From Felis catus (taxonomy: Eukaryota): a stretch of 64,000 nucleotides of DNA. The position numbers and the translations under genes are program-made. The stretch spans positions 126,792,001 through 126,856,000 of the forward strand of contig NC_058368.1 of the NCBI RefSeq assembly GCF_018350175.1, written 5' to 3'. Of the stretch, positions 11,705 through 24,572 are shown piece by piece. Every line of letters starts with the position of its first letter. Positions within the stretch are counted from its first letter, which is position 1. The notes below the pieces were generated by a model, which searched no databases, was not told where the DNA came from, and was given only the letters and a program-made list of their open reading frames with translations.

Positions 11705-12415
11705 TTATTTGACTCTGATATATTTCAAACAAATACAAAATATATAGCAGAAAATAATATAACAAATGTACCCTCCACCCAGTGCTATAAATTCTAAATA
11801 TTTTGCCACACCTATGTCACATATCCTTAAAGAGATAAAACATTACAGATGTATCTGAAATATGTGCATGCCCCTCCCCTGATCCCCTAACCCCTCAAAA
11901 GCTCCCTATAGGCAACCAATGTCCTGGATCTGGGGTATTTGTGATTTCCTTGCACTTTTAAAATACTTGTACTCATCAAGAACAAGGAAAGTCTGAGATA
12001 CTGTCACAGCAAAGAGGAGCCTGAGGAGACATGACAACTAAATGCAGTATGATATCCTAGGTGGAACCTGAAGCAGAAAAAGGAAATTAGGGAATAACGA
12101 AGAAATCTCAGTACACTATGGACTTTAGTTAATAATAATGCATCGATATTTATTCATTATTTGTAAAAAATGTACCAAACTATGTAAGATAGGATATAGG
12201 TATATGGGAACTATCTGTACTGTTATCATTTTTCTGTAAATCTAAGTTTATTCTACCATTAAAAGACTATATTAAAAATGTTACCTCCTTAGCCATTGAA
12301 AACATATAGCATTGTTCCAAATGTTCTTTAGGTTTTCCAATCTGTATAAATGATATTACATATGACTATACCTATATCATTATGCATTTTATTACCCAAC
12401 TAGCTTTTTTAAGTA
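11705..12415 (-). mobile_element. Old L1 (L1ME-like) 3' region, interrupted
   Basis: atatttcaaacaaatacaaaa...aataatataacaaatgtaccc, ggcaaccaatgtcctg; resumes after 12280. Confidence 0.5.
11973..12278 (+). mobile_element. L1MC-like 3' end
   Basis: gaggagcctgaggagacatgacaactaaatgcagtatgatatcct ... ttttctgtaaatctaa. Confidence 0.8.
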
Positions 12416-12424
12416 TTTAGTCTC

Positions 12425-12585
12425 CAGTGCCCCACCCTGATTCCATTCTCTCTCCTTCTTCATGACTCTGTGCCCCAAATGGTGACTTCTAAGAGTTGCA
12501 TCTTCAGACTTCCTTACCTCTTGCTACTGGTTGAATTTTTCCATTGGAAAGCAACAACATGAGACTGGAAAGTGTCAAAAGGGAA
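12425..12585 (+). mobile_element. ERVL-type LTR fragment (LTR33/LTR16-like)
   Basis: ctctgtgccccaaatggtgacttct...ccattggaaagcaacaacatgagactgga, similar in style to 17372-17820. Confidence 0.4.
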
Positions 12586-12637
12586 AATATGACATGGTAG
12601 GCAGAAAAATGACCCCCAAAGATATTCTGATCCTATG

Positions 12638-15580
12638 CATCTCAAATAAACCTAAACTTATGTCTTAAGAATTCTTACCAATACTTCTCAAACTCTTTCC
12701 AAAAAACTGAGAGAAATGAACACTTCCAAACTCAATTTAATGAGGCAAGCGTTATCCTGGTACTAAAGTCAGACAAGGACACTACAAGAAAAGAAAATTA
12801 CAGGCCAATATCCCTGGTTAATATAGATGCAAAAATCCTCCATAAAATACTAACAAACTGAATTCAAGAGCACATGTTAAAAGGATCATACTCCATGATC
12901 AAGTGACATTTAGCCCTAGGATCCAAGGATGGTTTAACATATGCAAATCAGTAAATCATACCACATTAACAGAATGAAGGATAAAAAAATCATATGATCG
13001 TTTTAATAGAAGCATAAATAGCATTTGACAAAATTCACTTTTCTTTTATAAAAGAAACCCTTAACAAATCAGGTATAGAAGGAATGTACCTCAACTTTAA
13101 AAAAGATCCTATGTGAAAAGCTGACGCTAATATTATACTTGATGGTAAGAAGTGAAGAGCCTTACCTTTAAAATCAGGAACAAGACAAGGATGCCCACTC
13201 TCCCTGCATCCATTTAGCATAGTACTTGAAGTCCTGGCCACAGAAATTAGGCACAACAAATAAACAAATAAAAGGCATCCAAACGGAAGGAAATAAGTAA
13301 AATTATGTCTCTTTGTCAATGATGTGGTCTTATATATTGAAAAAAAAAAAACACTAAAGACTCCACCTAAAAACTGTTAAAACTAATACATGAATTCAAT
13401 AAAGTTGCATGACACAAAATTAACATACAGAACTCAATGTGTTTCTATCTAAACATTAACAATGAACTATCCAAAAGAGAAATGAAGAAAGTAGTCCCAT
13501 TTATAATAGCATCGTAGACAATAAGATACTCAGCAATAAATTTAACCAAGGACGTAAAAGATCCGTACACTGAAAATTACAAGATGTTGATTAAAGAATC
13601 GAAGAAGACACAGAGGCGCCTGGGTGGTTCAGTCAGTTGAAGGCTCGACTTCGACTCCGATCTCGAGGATCATGGGTTTGAGCTCCGCAATGGGCTTTGC
13701 GCTAACAGCACGGAGCCTGCTTGGATTCTCTATCTCCCTCTCTCTCTCTCTCTCTGTCCCTCCCCTGCTAATGCTCTCTCTCTCTTTTAAAAATAAATCA
13801 ACATTAAACATTTTTTTAATTAAAAAAAAAGAATTGAAGAAGACAGAAATAAATGGAAAGATATCTGTATTCCAGATGAGAATAATTAATATTGGTAAAA
13901 TGCCCATACTACCCAAAGTGATCTGCATTTTCAATGCAATCTCTATCAAAATTCCAATACCATTTTTCAAAGAAATAGAAAAACAGTTCTAAAATCTAAA
14001 AACAGTCCTAAAACCACAAAAGATCCTGGATAGTCAAAACAGTCTTACCAAGCACAAAAAAAAACAAGAAGCGTCACACTTCCTGGTTTCAAAGTATATC
14101 ACAAAGCTGTACTGATCAAAACAGTATGGGAATAACATAAAAACAATCATGTATACCAGTAGAATAGAATATAGAGACCAGAAACGAAACTATACATGTA
14201 CAGTCAACCAATCTTTGGCAAAGGTGACAAAAACACACAATGTGGAAAGGATAATCTCTTCAATAAATAGTGTTGAGAAAACTGGATATCCAGAAGGGAA
14301 AAAAAATGAAAGTGGATTCCTATCTTATACCACTCACAAAAAATAATACAAAATGGATTAAAGACTTAAATATAAAACCCAAGCCCATAAAACTTCTAGA
14401 AACAAATATAGGGAAAAGGCTTGTTGTCGCTGGTCTTGGCAATGACTTTTTTGGATAAGAAACCAAAAACACAGGCAACAAAAGCTAACATAAACAAGTA
14501 GTCCTACATCAAAGTCAAAACAAAACAAAACAACCCTCTGCACAGCAAAAGAAACTATCAATGAATTGAAAAGGCAACCTTTTCAGAATGAGAGAAATAT
14601 TTCAGACCGTATGTCTGATAAAGGGTTAATATCCAAAACAGGGAATAGTCCAATTGAAAATTAAGCAAAGGACCCAAACAGAAATTTTTTGAAAGAAGAC
14701 ATACAAATGGCCAGTGAAAAGGTGTTCAACATCACTAACCATCAGGAAATACAAATCAAAACCACAAGGAGCTATCACCTCATACCTGTTAGAAGTGTTA
14801 TTATCAAAAAGACAAAGGATAATAAATGTTTCAAGGATGTGCACTGTTAGTGGGAATGCGAGTGGGTACAGCTATCATGGAAAACAGTATGGCAGTTTCT
14901 CCAAAAATTGTAAGTAGAACAATTATGTGATCCAGCCATCTCACTCCTGGTAATGTATCCAAAGGAAATGAAATTGCTATTTCTAAGAGATATCTGCATT
15001 CCTGTGTTCACTGCAGCATTATTCACAGTAGCCAAAATATGGAAGCAACCTCAATACCCTCAGACCCATGAATGGATACACATAATGAAACATTATTCAG
15101 TCATAAAACACAAGAAGGGCATCATGCTAAGTGAAATAAGCCAGAGAAAGACAAATACTGTATGATATCACTTGTATGTAGATTTTTTTTTTAAAGTCAA
15201 ACTCATGGAAACAGAGAATAAAATAGTGGTTTCCAGGAACTAGGAGGTGGGGGAAATGGGAAGATATAGGTCAAAGGGTACAAACTTTTAGCTGTTAGAC
15301 GAGTAAGTGCTGAGGATCTAATGTGCAGCATGGTGACTATAACTAACAACACAGGCAGTATTGTATTCTTGAAAGTTGCTGACAGTAGATCCCAAGTGTT
15401 CTCATAACCCTTCCCCCAACATATAGTTAACTATGTGAGGTGACAGATGTATTTACTCTCTTGATCTTGGTAATCATTCCACAATGTATATGTCTGTCAA
15501 ATCATTGGGTTTGTATGCTGTAAATATATACAATTATATTAGTCAATTATTCATCAATAAACTTGGAAAAGAAAGAAAAA
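12638..15580 (+). mobile_element. 5'-truncated, decayed L1 (L1MA9-like): ORF2 RT and C-terminus plus 3' UTR
   Basis: aattacaggccaatatccctg (NYRPISL), acaagacaaggatgcccactctc (TRQGCPLS), ORF-track fragments KRCSTSL and [21 protein letters not shown]; many stops; ends caataaacttggaaaagaaagaaaaa. Confidence 0.95.
13613..13827 (+). mobile_element. CanSINE inserted in L1 ORF2
   Basis: gaggcgcctgggtggttcagtc head; TSD aaagaat(c/t)gaagaagaca on both sides. Confidence 0.93.
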
Positions 15581-15650
15581 TGCCAAAGCCTGAACTCACT
15601 ATTCTCTCCATTCTCCCAGCCCTCCAGGACTATGAAATTCCTCCCTTCTC

Positions 15651-15870
15651 ACCTGGATGGCTCAGTCGGTTAAGTGTCTGATTTCAGCTCAGGTCATGAT
15701 CTCACAGTTCGTGGGTTCAGGCCCCGCGTTGAGTTCTGTGCTGACAGCTCAGAGCCTGGAGTCTGTTTCAGATTCTGCAGCTCCCTCTCTCTCTGCTCCT
15801 CCCCCGCTCATGCTCATGTGTTCTGTCTCAAAAATAAATAAATGTTTAAAAAAATTTTTTAAAAAAGAAA
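15651..15870 (+). mobile_element. CanSINE (first few nt missing)
   Basis: TSD gaaat(t/c)cctcccttctc at 15634-15650 and 15871-15887. Confidence 0.94.
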
Positions 15871-16279
15871 GAAATCCCTCCCTTCTCCAAGGCTGTCTTG
15901 CTATTGTCCAGTATTTAGGCCCTCATTTGTGCTCTTTTATCTGGAAGGTCCTCCCGTTAACCTGCTGAAATTTCCCTTTTCCTAAGATCTTTGCAAATGT
16001 TGCCTTTTAAAAAAGAAGAAATCCCTTCCTCTTCCCTTCCTACATCGACCTCCTGCTGTGGAGCCATCACCATCATGCCAGGATATCTTCTCTCCATCCC
16101 TGTAATTTAGGATTCATTCCATGGCACTCAGATTATTGATCCCAGCATCACACCAAATGTAGATGTCCATAAATCCTTGTTGGTTTATGGAGGATAGAGA
16201 CTATGTCTTCATGATTACTCAAACCAACTCCTACTCCAGTCTATTTCTTCCTTCAATGATTCATTGGTTTCCCATTCTC

Positions 16280-16902
16280 TGAGAATACAGTCAAATTCTC
16301 AACATACCCTAAAGCCTGTCTCCTCCCTGGTGTCATCCTGGGCCACACTGTCCCCTCCCTGTCCCACGCCAGCCTTGTCTCTCTTGTCTTAGGACTGTTA
16401 TCAGGCTGCTCATTCATTCCCTACTGTCCTGCTTGCTGCTTCACTAGAACCGCTCATATCCATCCCTCAGGTCTCAGTCTAAACTTCACTGCATTCACTT
16501 GTTCCTTCCACAGTATTCACTAGGTGCCTACTCTGTGCCAGGAATTCTCCTAGGCCCTGGAGATAGGGTAGGGAACAAAGCACACTGAAATCCCTGCCCT
16601 CATGTGGCCCACATGCTTCCTCCAGGAAGTCTTTCTTGGTTCCCCCCAACATATGCACACAAGGTCTGTTTCGCCCTACTGTGTGCGGTCACAGCACCCT
16701 GTCACAGCACTATGACTTCTCTATACCATGTATCCCTATTAAGCACACTTACCCAAGATCTATCTTCCTTAGTAAGCTGAAAGATTCTTGAAGGCTGGGT
16801 CACTGTGTCCTCTCTTTGTATCACCAATACGAAGCACCTTGTTAGGCACATAGTGGGTCCTCAGTAAATTTCTTGGATGGCTGCATAAAGAAATGAAATG
16901 AA
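16280..16902 (+). mobile_element. L2 3' region
   Basis: catccctcaggtctcag...cttcctccaggaagtctttc; end ggcacatagtgggtcctcagtaaatttcttggatg. Confidence 0.75.
16492..16614 (-). mobile_element. L2 3' tip inserted antisense inside the L2
   Basis: cattcacttg...gtgcctactctgtgccagg...ctggagatag...ccctgccctcatg. Confidence 0.7.
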
Positions 16903-17371
16903 GCTTTGCTAGACAAAAGAGGCAACAGTAGTCCAGACTGCAGAGTGGGGAGGCCGTTAGCCCCTTCCCACCACGTAATGAGGTAACATAAGGAGACTGG
17001 GCCAGGACTAGAACGTGGGACACATGACTCCCATTCCAGGGCACTTTTCATTTTAATAAAATTGTAATGGAGAAGACAATGTGGGGGAAGGGACTTAGGG
17101 CAAATGTAAAAGAGGAAAAACTTACTAAGAGAAGAACAGGCGAAACCGTTAAAACAATTTTTGTGAAACCAATGTAAAAGAACAGGAAAGGTAAGATGTG
17201 CCAACAAATAGACAGCTGGTGTTGGAAACTCCAAGAGGAGACAGCCAGCAGCAGCACTGTGCGTGTTTCTATCTGGGCCCCTTTCCCGCGACTTGGTAGG
17301 AACATTTTCTTCTCTTTGCTCTTTTTTCTTCTTGGTGATAGTAGGCAGCCATCACCCTTGATCACTCTTCC

Positions 17372-17820
17372 CAAGTGTTGGATGGCCTCCACTTGCCCCT
17401 CCATGTCCTCAATCTCTACCTTTCCTTACCTTGATTTATACTTGAAAGCCTGACCTCCATGGACTGTCTCATAGACTCCCTGGACCACTGGCTTCTAAAT
17501 GCTCAGTCAATGGGAGGCTCCAGCAGGAAACTGCAAAGCGGGAAGAGAGAGGAATTAGGGTATTTACTTACCCAGCTTCCCCAATACCAAGACACAAGCT
17601 GGGAGTGGCTGCCTTCCTCTGCATGAGACCACAACTCCTACAGCTACCAGTCTCACTACATTTCATTAACATTACCTGTCTTTCACATCAGATGGTAATG
17701 GCCTCCCACTTTTGCTAACCCTCAGGAACTTGCTGGTTTCCCTTATTGTTCTCTGCACCCTCATAATTAGTTTTTCATTAAACTCCTGCATCAGTTGAGA
17801 CTGCTAAGAACTTAACTAAT
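17372..17820 (+). mobile_element. ERVL solo LTR (LTR33-like)
   Basis: cagtcaatgggaggctccagcagga, gagagaggaattagggtattta, ttcattaaactc. Confidence 0.65.
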
Positions 17821-18599
17821 ATTTTTGGTTTAAAGAATCCCCCACCTTCACCTCTTAGGAGGCAGAGACAGCTTTCTTTACAGAAGCCCAGTCAATGCTC
17901 ACCTTCCTAGCTTCCCTTGCCACTAGGGGAGAGGCATCCTACCCTGAGCTCCACCAACTGGGGGCACCCATGTGAGAGTTTGAATCTGAAAGTGGGAAGC
18001 AGGAGGATTAATCCATTACGGGGAGGGTGCCCGAAGGCACAGCTAGATCCTAGATGCACAGGCTCAACGCCTCGTTTTGCAACCCTTGCAAAGATTCTGA
18101 GACCCCTCTGCTTAACCAAGCCAGCGTTGGATTCTATTGCTGTCACGTGAAAACCATGCATGATACCGCCCTCTCTTGGACCCATTAACATTTGAAGCCT
18201 GCCTGATTCTCTTGACTTCTTTTCCTATCTTTGAACCACACGTTAAGTTTGATTTTAATGCTTCCCATTCTGCACTGGGGAAAAAAAATGCATTCTCTGC
18301 TTCCAGTCATTAAAGTTGATCTAACTTGACTTCTAAAAATCATCCTTATAAAAGCTGATCACATGGAAATCAGGAAAATAGAGTTAGTTGGTACACGGTC
18401 TACAGGAGGGCCCAGTCCCGAATGTCCTCCTCTTCCTTGCTTCAACCCTGGCCTGATTCTGTTTGTCAGTGGCTGCAGGAGAGACTGGTCCTGACTTCTT
18501 GTGCTAGCATTGTATAGACATTAATCATGAATAGCCACATATTTCTGACCCTGGGCTCTGCTCCTTTCAAAGGACTCAATTAAGAACAAGAAGAAAACT

Positions 18600-18671
18600 T
18601 ATGTCTAATAAAAACCAAACAAACGAAGCCAACTAAAAAATGAACAAAAAAAAAAAAAAGAAAGAAAGAAA
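18600..18671 (+). other. Short TSD-flanked A-rich retro-insertion
   Basis: AATAAA plus decayed A tail between 18-bp repeats with 2 mismatches at 18582-18599 and 18672-18689. Confidence 0.5.
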
Positions 18672-19084
18672 AAGAAAAAGGAGAAAACTCCTTTTAAAGT
18701 AATGTGTCACCTATATTATACACTATGGGTTTCTGCTGTGTACAAGAGAACACATGTGGTCATGTGCACATCAGTGTTTCAGCCCAAAGGACTGAAAAAT
18801 GTGCCCCAATTTCTCTTTGTTCACACGAACTGCTCAGAGACCACATAGGGGGAATTTCATTTGTACCCAGAGATCCCTTACTGGGGATCCCAAGCCAGTC
18901 ATGCCATTTCACATAGGGATCTCAATAATAATGAGTGTAATTTATCCATATCTAAAAAGTAGACCATATGATACATACTCACAGGAGTGGTATTCATGAA
19001 CTCTTCTAATCATTATGCTATTTTTTTTTATGTCTTTGCTCTCACAACCCACCAACACCTAATATTCCAACTAGCAGGGGGCTT

Positions 19085-19230
19085 AAAATTCATCTGGTTA
19101 AATTCCTTCATTTTATAGATAAGAAAACTGGAATCCAGAGTGTTAAGTGTCTCTCAGGTCAGACAGTTGCTAAGAGCCATAGCCAGATGCAAGCCTGATT
19201 GTTTCTGGCTTCCAAAGCAGTGTAATTTCA
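19085..19230 (-). mobile_element. MIR
   Basis: cattttatagataagaaaactggaatccagagtgttaagtg. Confidence 0.7.
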
Positions 19231-19639
19231 AACCTCAGGAATCCAACTTCCCAACTAACAGGAAAAAAGTAGCTTCAGGTCTTTATTTAATAGAAGGTCT
19301 TTCCATAACACAAAGATTCATTAAATTTTTCTACAGAACTTATTATCTATGGGGGAAATTTAAGAATGACGTGTTATTCACATTTTGAATATAAGAATTC
19401 TGAGGAATTAAAAAACGCTTGAAAATGCCTTTTTCTATAGTAGCAAATTGAAGCCTAGAACCTTGTCCAGGGAGCTGATCTTGTAAAGTGAACCATCTTT
19501 TGGCAGTGCATGCGGCTGCAAGTTCGTCTAACGTGGTGACTCACAAAGAAATCCAAGCACTAGTAGCAGATTCTGTTGTGTCCCTCTCTTTAAGGCCACA
19601 TGACTGAAGTGGTGACCTTGGCATCCCGGGCTCTGTACA

Positions 19640-19855
19640 GGGCTTAAGAAGGGGGAAAGGGGCAATGCTGGGGCCTGGGCTCCAGAATATGGCTGTTCTG
19701 ATTCATCCTGCTCCATGACTCATCTGTGTGATCTTCAGGTAACTTCTCTGTGCCTGCGTTTCCTCATTTGCAAAATGGGGAGACAACTGTGAGAGATTAA
19801 TGCATCTAGGATCCCACACGCATTAAGTGTTCCAAAAAGTTAGCAATTACCATTA
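19640..19855 (+). mobile_element. MIR
   Basis: ctgtgtgatcttcagg...ctctgtgcctgcgtttcctcatttgcaaaatgggg. Confidence 0.75.
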
Positions 19856-19964
19856 CCAACAAAAGGATCTAAAAGAGACCTAACAGCTCACAAAGAGGTT
19901 GTCTTTGGGATTACCTATTCCTACTTTTGGTGGGCTGGACGTTTAAAGAGTGTTCTCAGAACAG

Positions 19965-19977
19965 CCACTAGAGGGAG
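19965..19977 (+). promoter_or_regulatory. CTCF core motif match
   Basis: CCACTAGAGGGAG; motif only. Confidence 0.3.
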
Positions 19978-22288
19978 GTGTCTGGTCAGACTGGAAAGGC
20001 AGAGGCAGCCGCCACACACAGCCCTGCACCTGCATCCTCCCTTGGCTTTGGCAAAATACAGGACCTCAGAGAAAACCCGAAACCAAAGGCCGAGGCCCAC
20101 GGGATTTACAGATGGGATGTCCACCTTGAGCTCAGGGTTCTGTGCGAAGGGTTTTGGAATCGGTCACTGAACTGTCTCTGCTTCTCAGGTTCCTGAAGCT
20201 ATAGTACTTCACCGTCGTCAGGACTCATTCGTGTAAGACTGTTCCTGAAAATACACTGATACACTTTGTAACAGGAATGAAGCAGGTGGTGTGTGCATGT
20301 GGACTCTCTCAGAGACAGGGAGAAAAAGAGAAGGGGGGTAAGAGTTGAATCATGGTTACCACTTCATAAATGCACCACCATTCTGCATTCCCTAGCAGCA
20401 AAGAAAAGGAGGGAGCTGCTGGGAGGCGCAAACCCATGGGAACTTCACCCATTGTGTATTTTGGAAGACAAATCTGGAAGCTCAGGACCAGGGCCTGGTC
20501 AGGGAGAGCAACACTCATCTCCAAATGGCACAGCAGCTCAGAAAGGCGCTGTCTGCAGCCTGTTTCGGTTCCATTCAGGCAAAATGTGTAAGTTCTCCCT
20601 CGGGTGAGGGAAGAGAGGTGCCCAGGCTGAGCCTCCGAGGGTGCTGACCTTCTCTGGTCCCACACTCTCTGCCCCACTCTGCTGCTACTCACCCCCAAGC
20701 CCTTCTTGGGCACAGCCTCTAGTATAACAATCCCTCCCCTCTCCTTCCGCAATCCAAAATGTTGGGAAACAGTCTTTCCTCCGCTGGATTTCAGGACGTC
20801 ATTAGCATTTTCAGAAGCATCTATGTGTTAATGCAGCTGTAATTTTTGACTTCAAGGTTCTCTCTATCCTGTCCTTCCTTTACTTCCAACTTTTAGGCTC
20901 TTAAAGTGATTTCAAGCCTGACCCCAAGCCCAGAACAGTGGTTGCCACCGGACTGAAGGTTTTTACTGAACAAGTGTCTTGCTCTTTGCTTCTGTGGATT
21001 TCCAAGGGCATAAACATAAGGGAAGTTTCTTAATTGAAGACTATCCCCCTGACTCGCTCACCAGCACATCCTGTCACTACACTCCTGTCCTTGGCTGGTT
21101 TAATCTTGGCAGTGGCACTCCTGTATGTGGGGTGGAAGGATTCTGGTGGGATTCTGTCGTTCTCTGGAGTGGCTGAACCACTCTGTTGGCCTCCCATCCA
21201 AACTCATTGACTTCTGGTTGCAAAAGCCGTCTGAGCAGCCACTGGCCTTCTCAACTTGGCATCCAGTCCTCCAGGCTCTGCCCACGGGAAGTCCATCTGG
21301 CTTTGCTTGGGTTGTGCCCTTGCTGTGTGTGGTCCATTTCCCTTCCCTTATCGTCCCCCTGACCTCTGACACTGGGTGTTCCCCGCTCCTCTTGCTGGAC
21401 CTCTAAGAAAAATCTGTCTTTTTTAAAGTACCATTGACTCCCTAGCAAGAATTCGTGCCAAGTTGCTAGTGTCCCTGATTAGGGTGCCCCCTCCCCAGTC
21501 ATACAGCCCCGTCCTCACATCCCCTTGTGGAGATTTGTAGTAAAAATGTGGAACTGTGTGCAGGTAGATATGCGTATGACAGACAACAATCATCTCTCCC
21601 TCAGAAGTCCTGATGATCTCTCCCTGATGTTTTAAAAATCTTCAAATATACTGGAGGGGTGGGCACTGTTGGCTGTTTGTTTCTTAACCACACAACCTTT
21701 TCCCTCCTTCAGAAACCATATCATGAGAGGGGAAAAAAGGACCACATAGGCCATACTGTCTTGGATATGCCCCTTGGATGTAGGCCAGTGCTGGGTCTTG
21801 TTTTATTTGATGGAAAATTCCTTCATCACCCACCCTGAATCTGATCTCATTCCCAGCCACTCTGGGATGTCCACCATGAGATCAGGAAATCAGTGGTGTT
21901 AGAAGAAAAGCAGTCTTCTTTTTCAAGTTGGTTTAGCTCTGAGAAAAGAAAAAAAGAAAAAAACACACACCCAATGAGCAGAGTGGTCTTTATTGTTTTT
22001 GCCTCTTGCCTCAAGTGGTAGTTTACTGTCATTGATGTCAGGGCACCCAGAGTATATAATTTTGTTAGCCTTTTAACCACAGTTTTAATAAATGAGATAA
22101 AATTGAGGAAAGTAAAAAAAAAAACATAGTAGGATACATTTCTCCTTGCAGCCCCGAAATCCAGTGTTCTCTCTCCCTTTTAGGAGACCTACAACCACAC
22201 ACTTCTGGCCACACCAACACAAGGGCATAGGGTCTGAGAGACTGGGGAGGTTTAGGGAACTAGCGACAATGTCTCTGCTCCCATATTC

Positions 22289-22500
22289 TTTTTTTAAAGT
22301 TTATTTATTTTTGAGAAAGAGAGAGAGAAGGAGGGAGGGAGAGGGAGAGGGAGGGAGAGAGAGAAGGAGAGAGAGAAGGAGAGAGAAAATTCCAAAAAGC
22401 CTCCTCACTGTCAGGGCTCGAACCCATGAACCTATGCGATCATGACCTGAGCTGAGATCAAGACTCAGACTCTTAACCGACTGAGCCACCCAGGTGCCCC
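22289..22500 (-). mobile_element. CanSINE
   Basis: Perfect 15-bp TSD tctgctcccatattc at 22274-22288 and 22501-22515. Confidence 0.95.
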
Positions 22501-22696
22501 TCTGCTCCCATATTCCGCATGCTCAAACACAGCATGGACCCTAGCATGTAGAGTAGACCCGGGCTGCAGGCAGTATTTCCTAACCCTTAGATACCACCTG
22601 GTGGACACGTTAAACCTCAGGGATAGAAGAAACCTTAAAGGATATATGGTCAGGCATCACCACTTTCCAGACCCAATGACAAGCCTGTGATTACAA

Positions 22697-22900
22697 GGAA
22701 GCAGAGTGGACGGTGAGAACTTGGACTCTGGTGCTCAGCTGCCTGGGTTCGAATTCAGACTCTCCAGTTAATAGCTGCTGTGTGTGACCTTCATGTGGCC
22801 CATCATGATTCTGTGCTCAGCTTCTTCACTTGTCAAATGGATATAATGAGGGTTGTAGAAGGGAGTTAATACACCTGGTGCTGGGTGAGCAATGGATACA
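22697..22900 (+). mobile_element. MIR
   Basis: ggactctggtgctcagctgcctgggttcgaattcagactct...gctgtgtgtgacctt. Confidence 0.75.
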
Positions 22901-24558
22901 GGGAGGGTTAATTCACTTTGCAGTTCTAGTATGGAGCAGAGTGCCGGGCATTTGGCTGCTATGCAGTGAGTGTATAGCAATGTGTAAATAATTAAACAAG
23001 GACGAGCATACACGCTTTGCAGATAAAGAAAGGAGGGTTATAAACCTAGTAAGAAGTGAACAGGTCCCAAAACTCCAGATCCTGGGAGCTTTCTACCAAA
23101 CCACTGCATCCCATGGACAACGCCCATGGTAAAGGCTCAGCAGGTACATTCTTGAGGTCACCTCAACCTTGTCCTGCCTCCCACCCACACTAAGCACAGC
23201 CAATGACACTCCTTCACCTGGCACACAGCAGGCTCCGTCTACAAATGTAACCCAGCTCTTCAGCGACTCCCATTAGGTGAGCCCCTGAAGAATCTCCTCT
23301 GTGACACTCCCCGGGAGGAAGCACCCAGCATCTGCTGATCACTAGCTCTTTCTCCTTTTTTAAACCGAACTGCCAGCCCACTGCCTCTGCTCTCCTACAA
23401 ACTCCCACTGGGCTGTCACAGAAGCCTGAGGATTCCGAGATCTTTGTTCTCTCTTTGTTCTGAAGATGGTTATTTCTGCAGGGCCCTCCTTCCAGCCCTC
23501 CCCTCTCTCCCCACCCCTACTTGCTATTCTAATGAAATTCTCTGAGAATGGAACTCCCGCTGTGTGGTCCCCCCCTTCTCCCCCTCCTCTCCTCCCATCT
23601 CCCACCACCATCTCTCAGACATCACTTCCCATTCCCCTGCCTGCTTTTCTCTGCCTGTTCCTCTTGACTTATTTTATCCTTCTGTTAAAGGGGAGAGGGA
23701 GACGTCTAGCGATAGCAACCCGCTAGCAGTTCCTCAGTGCAACCTAATCAACACGGGACAGTCCTGACACCTCATCGTAGGACTATTAAAATGTCTTCTG
23801 TGCTGTTTCATTCTGCAGCGGGCAGATTAAGGACACATGCGTGTGTTGGGAGGCCTAATTGTCATTGTTCAGTTCCATTTTCCCAAGGAGCAGCCTCTTC
23901 TGACGTTACAGTGGGTGACCTTGAGCTGCCCAAGAAAAATGCTGCGTCTGTCCTGACACTCACCACCAGAACTCCCCCAGAGGAGCGGTTGGTCAAGGAT
24001 GAACGGGAGGGAGAGAAGCAAGAATCACGTCACTCATCTGAGAGAGGGGAGGATCTCAGGCTCGGCTCTCTGGTTAGGAACCGAGTTTTAGTTTGTGAAA
24101 ATTAATTTCTTTCTCAGGGAGGGAAAGTTTAGCCTCAAGGTTTAGCCTCTGTGATGACATCCCAGTTTCAGGGAGAGAGAAGAGGACTCAGGCTACCCTC
24201 CATTCTGGCCTCCTGGAGTTTGGGAATGAATGCAGATACTGTAGAAACCTGGGGGCATGATCCTTTTTGCTACAGGTTCTCCATCTCAGGTGCTTTGTGC
24301 CCTTTAAGCAGAGATAGTTATTCTATCTCCCTCTGTAGCCACCTGCCTCACTCTCCTGCTGTCTCACCTGTGCTTCTCTGCCTCCTCCACCCTTTTGTTC
24401 CCTTTGGGCCACATGGGTTTCCCTCTCTCCTTCAGCCACTCTTGCCCCGGAGCTTAGGTTTGTCTCCCCAGAAAAAACACCGGCAGGCTGAAGGGGAGGG
24501 ATCCAGCGTATAGACTATGGAGGAATGACAAGCTCAACGCGGCAGGTTGAAGGAGTCA

Positions 24559-24572
24559 CCACCAGATGGCAC
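24559..24572 (+). promoter_or_regulatory. CTCF core motif match
   Basis: CCACCAGATGGCAC; motif only. Confidence 0.45.

Noticed and set aside
12638..15165. ORFs with reverse-transcriptase similarity
   Set aside because: Decayed L1 ORF2 with stops, frameshifts, a mutated catalytic FADD motif and a SINE insertion; not a functional CDS.
20293..20752. Overlapping 104-147 aa ORFs
   Set aside because: No recognisable protein; consistent with chance in locally GC-richer DNA.
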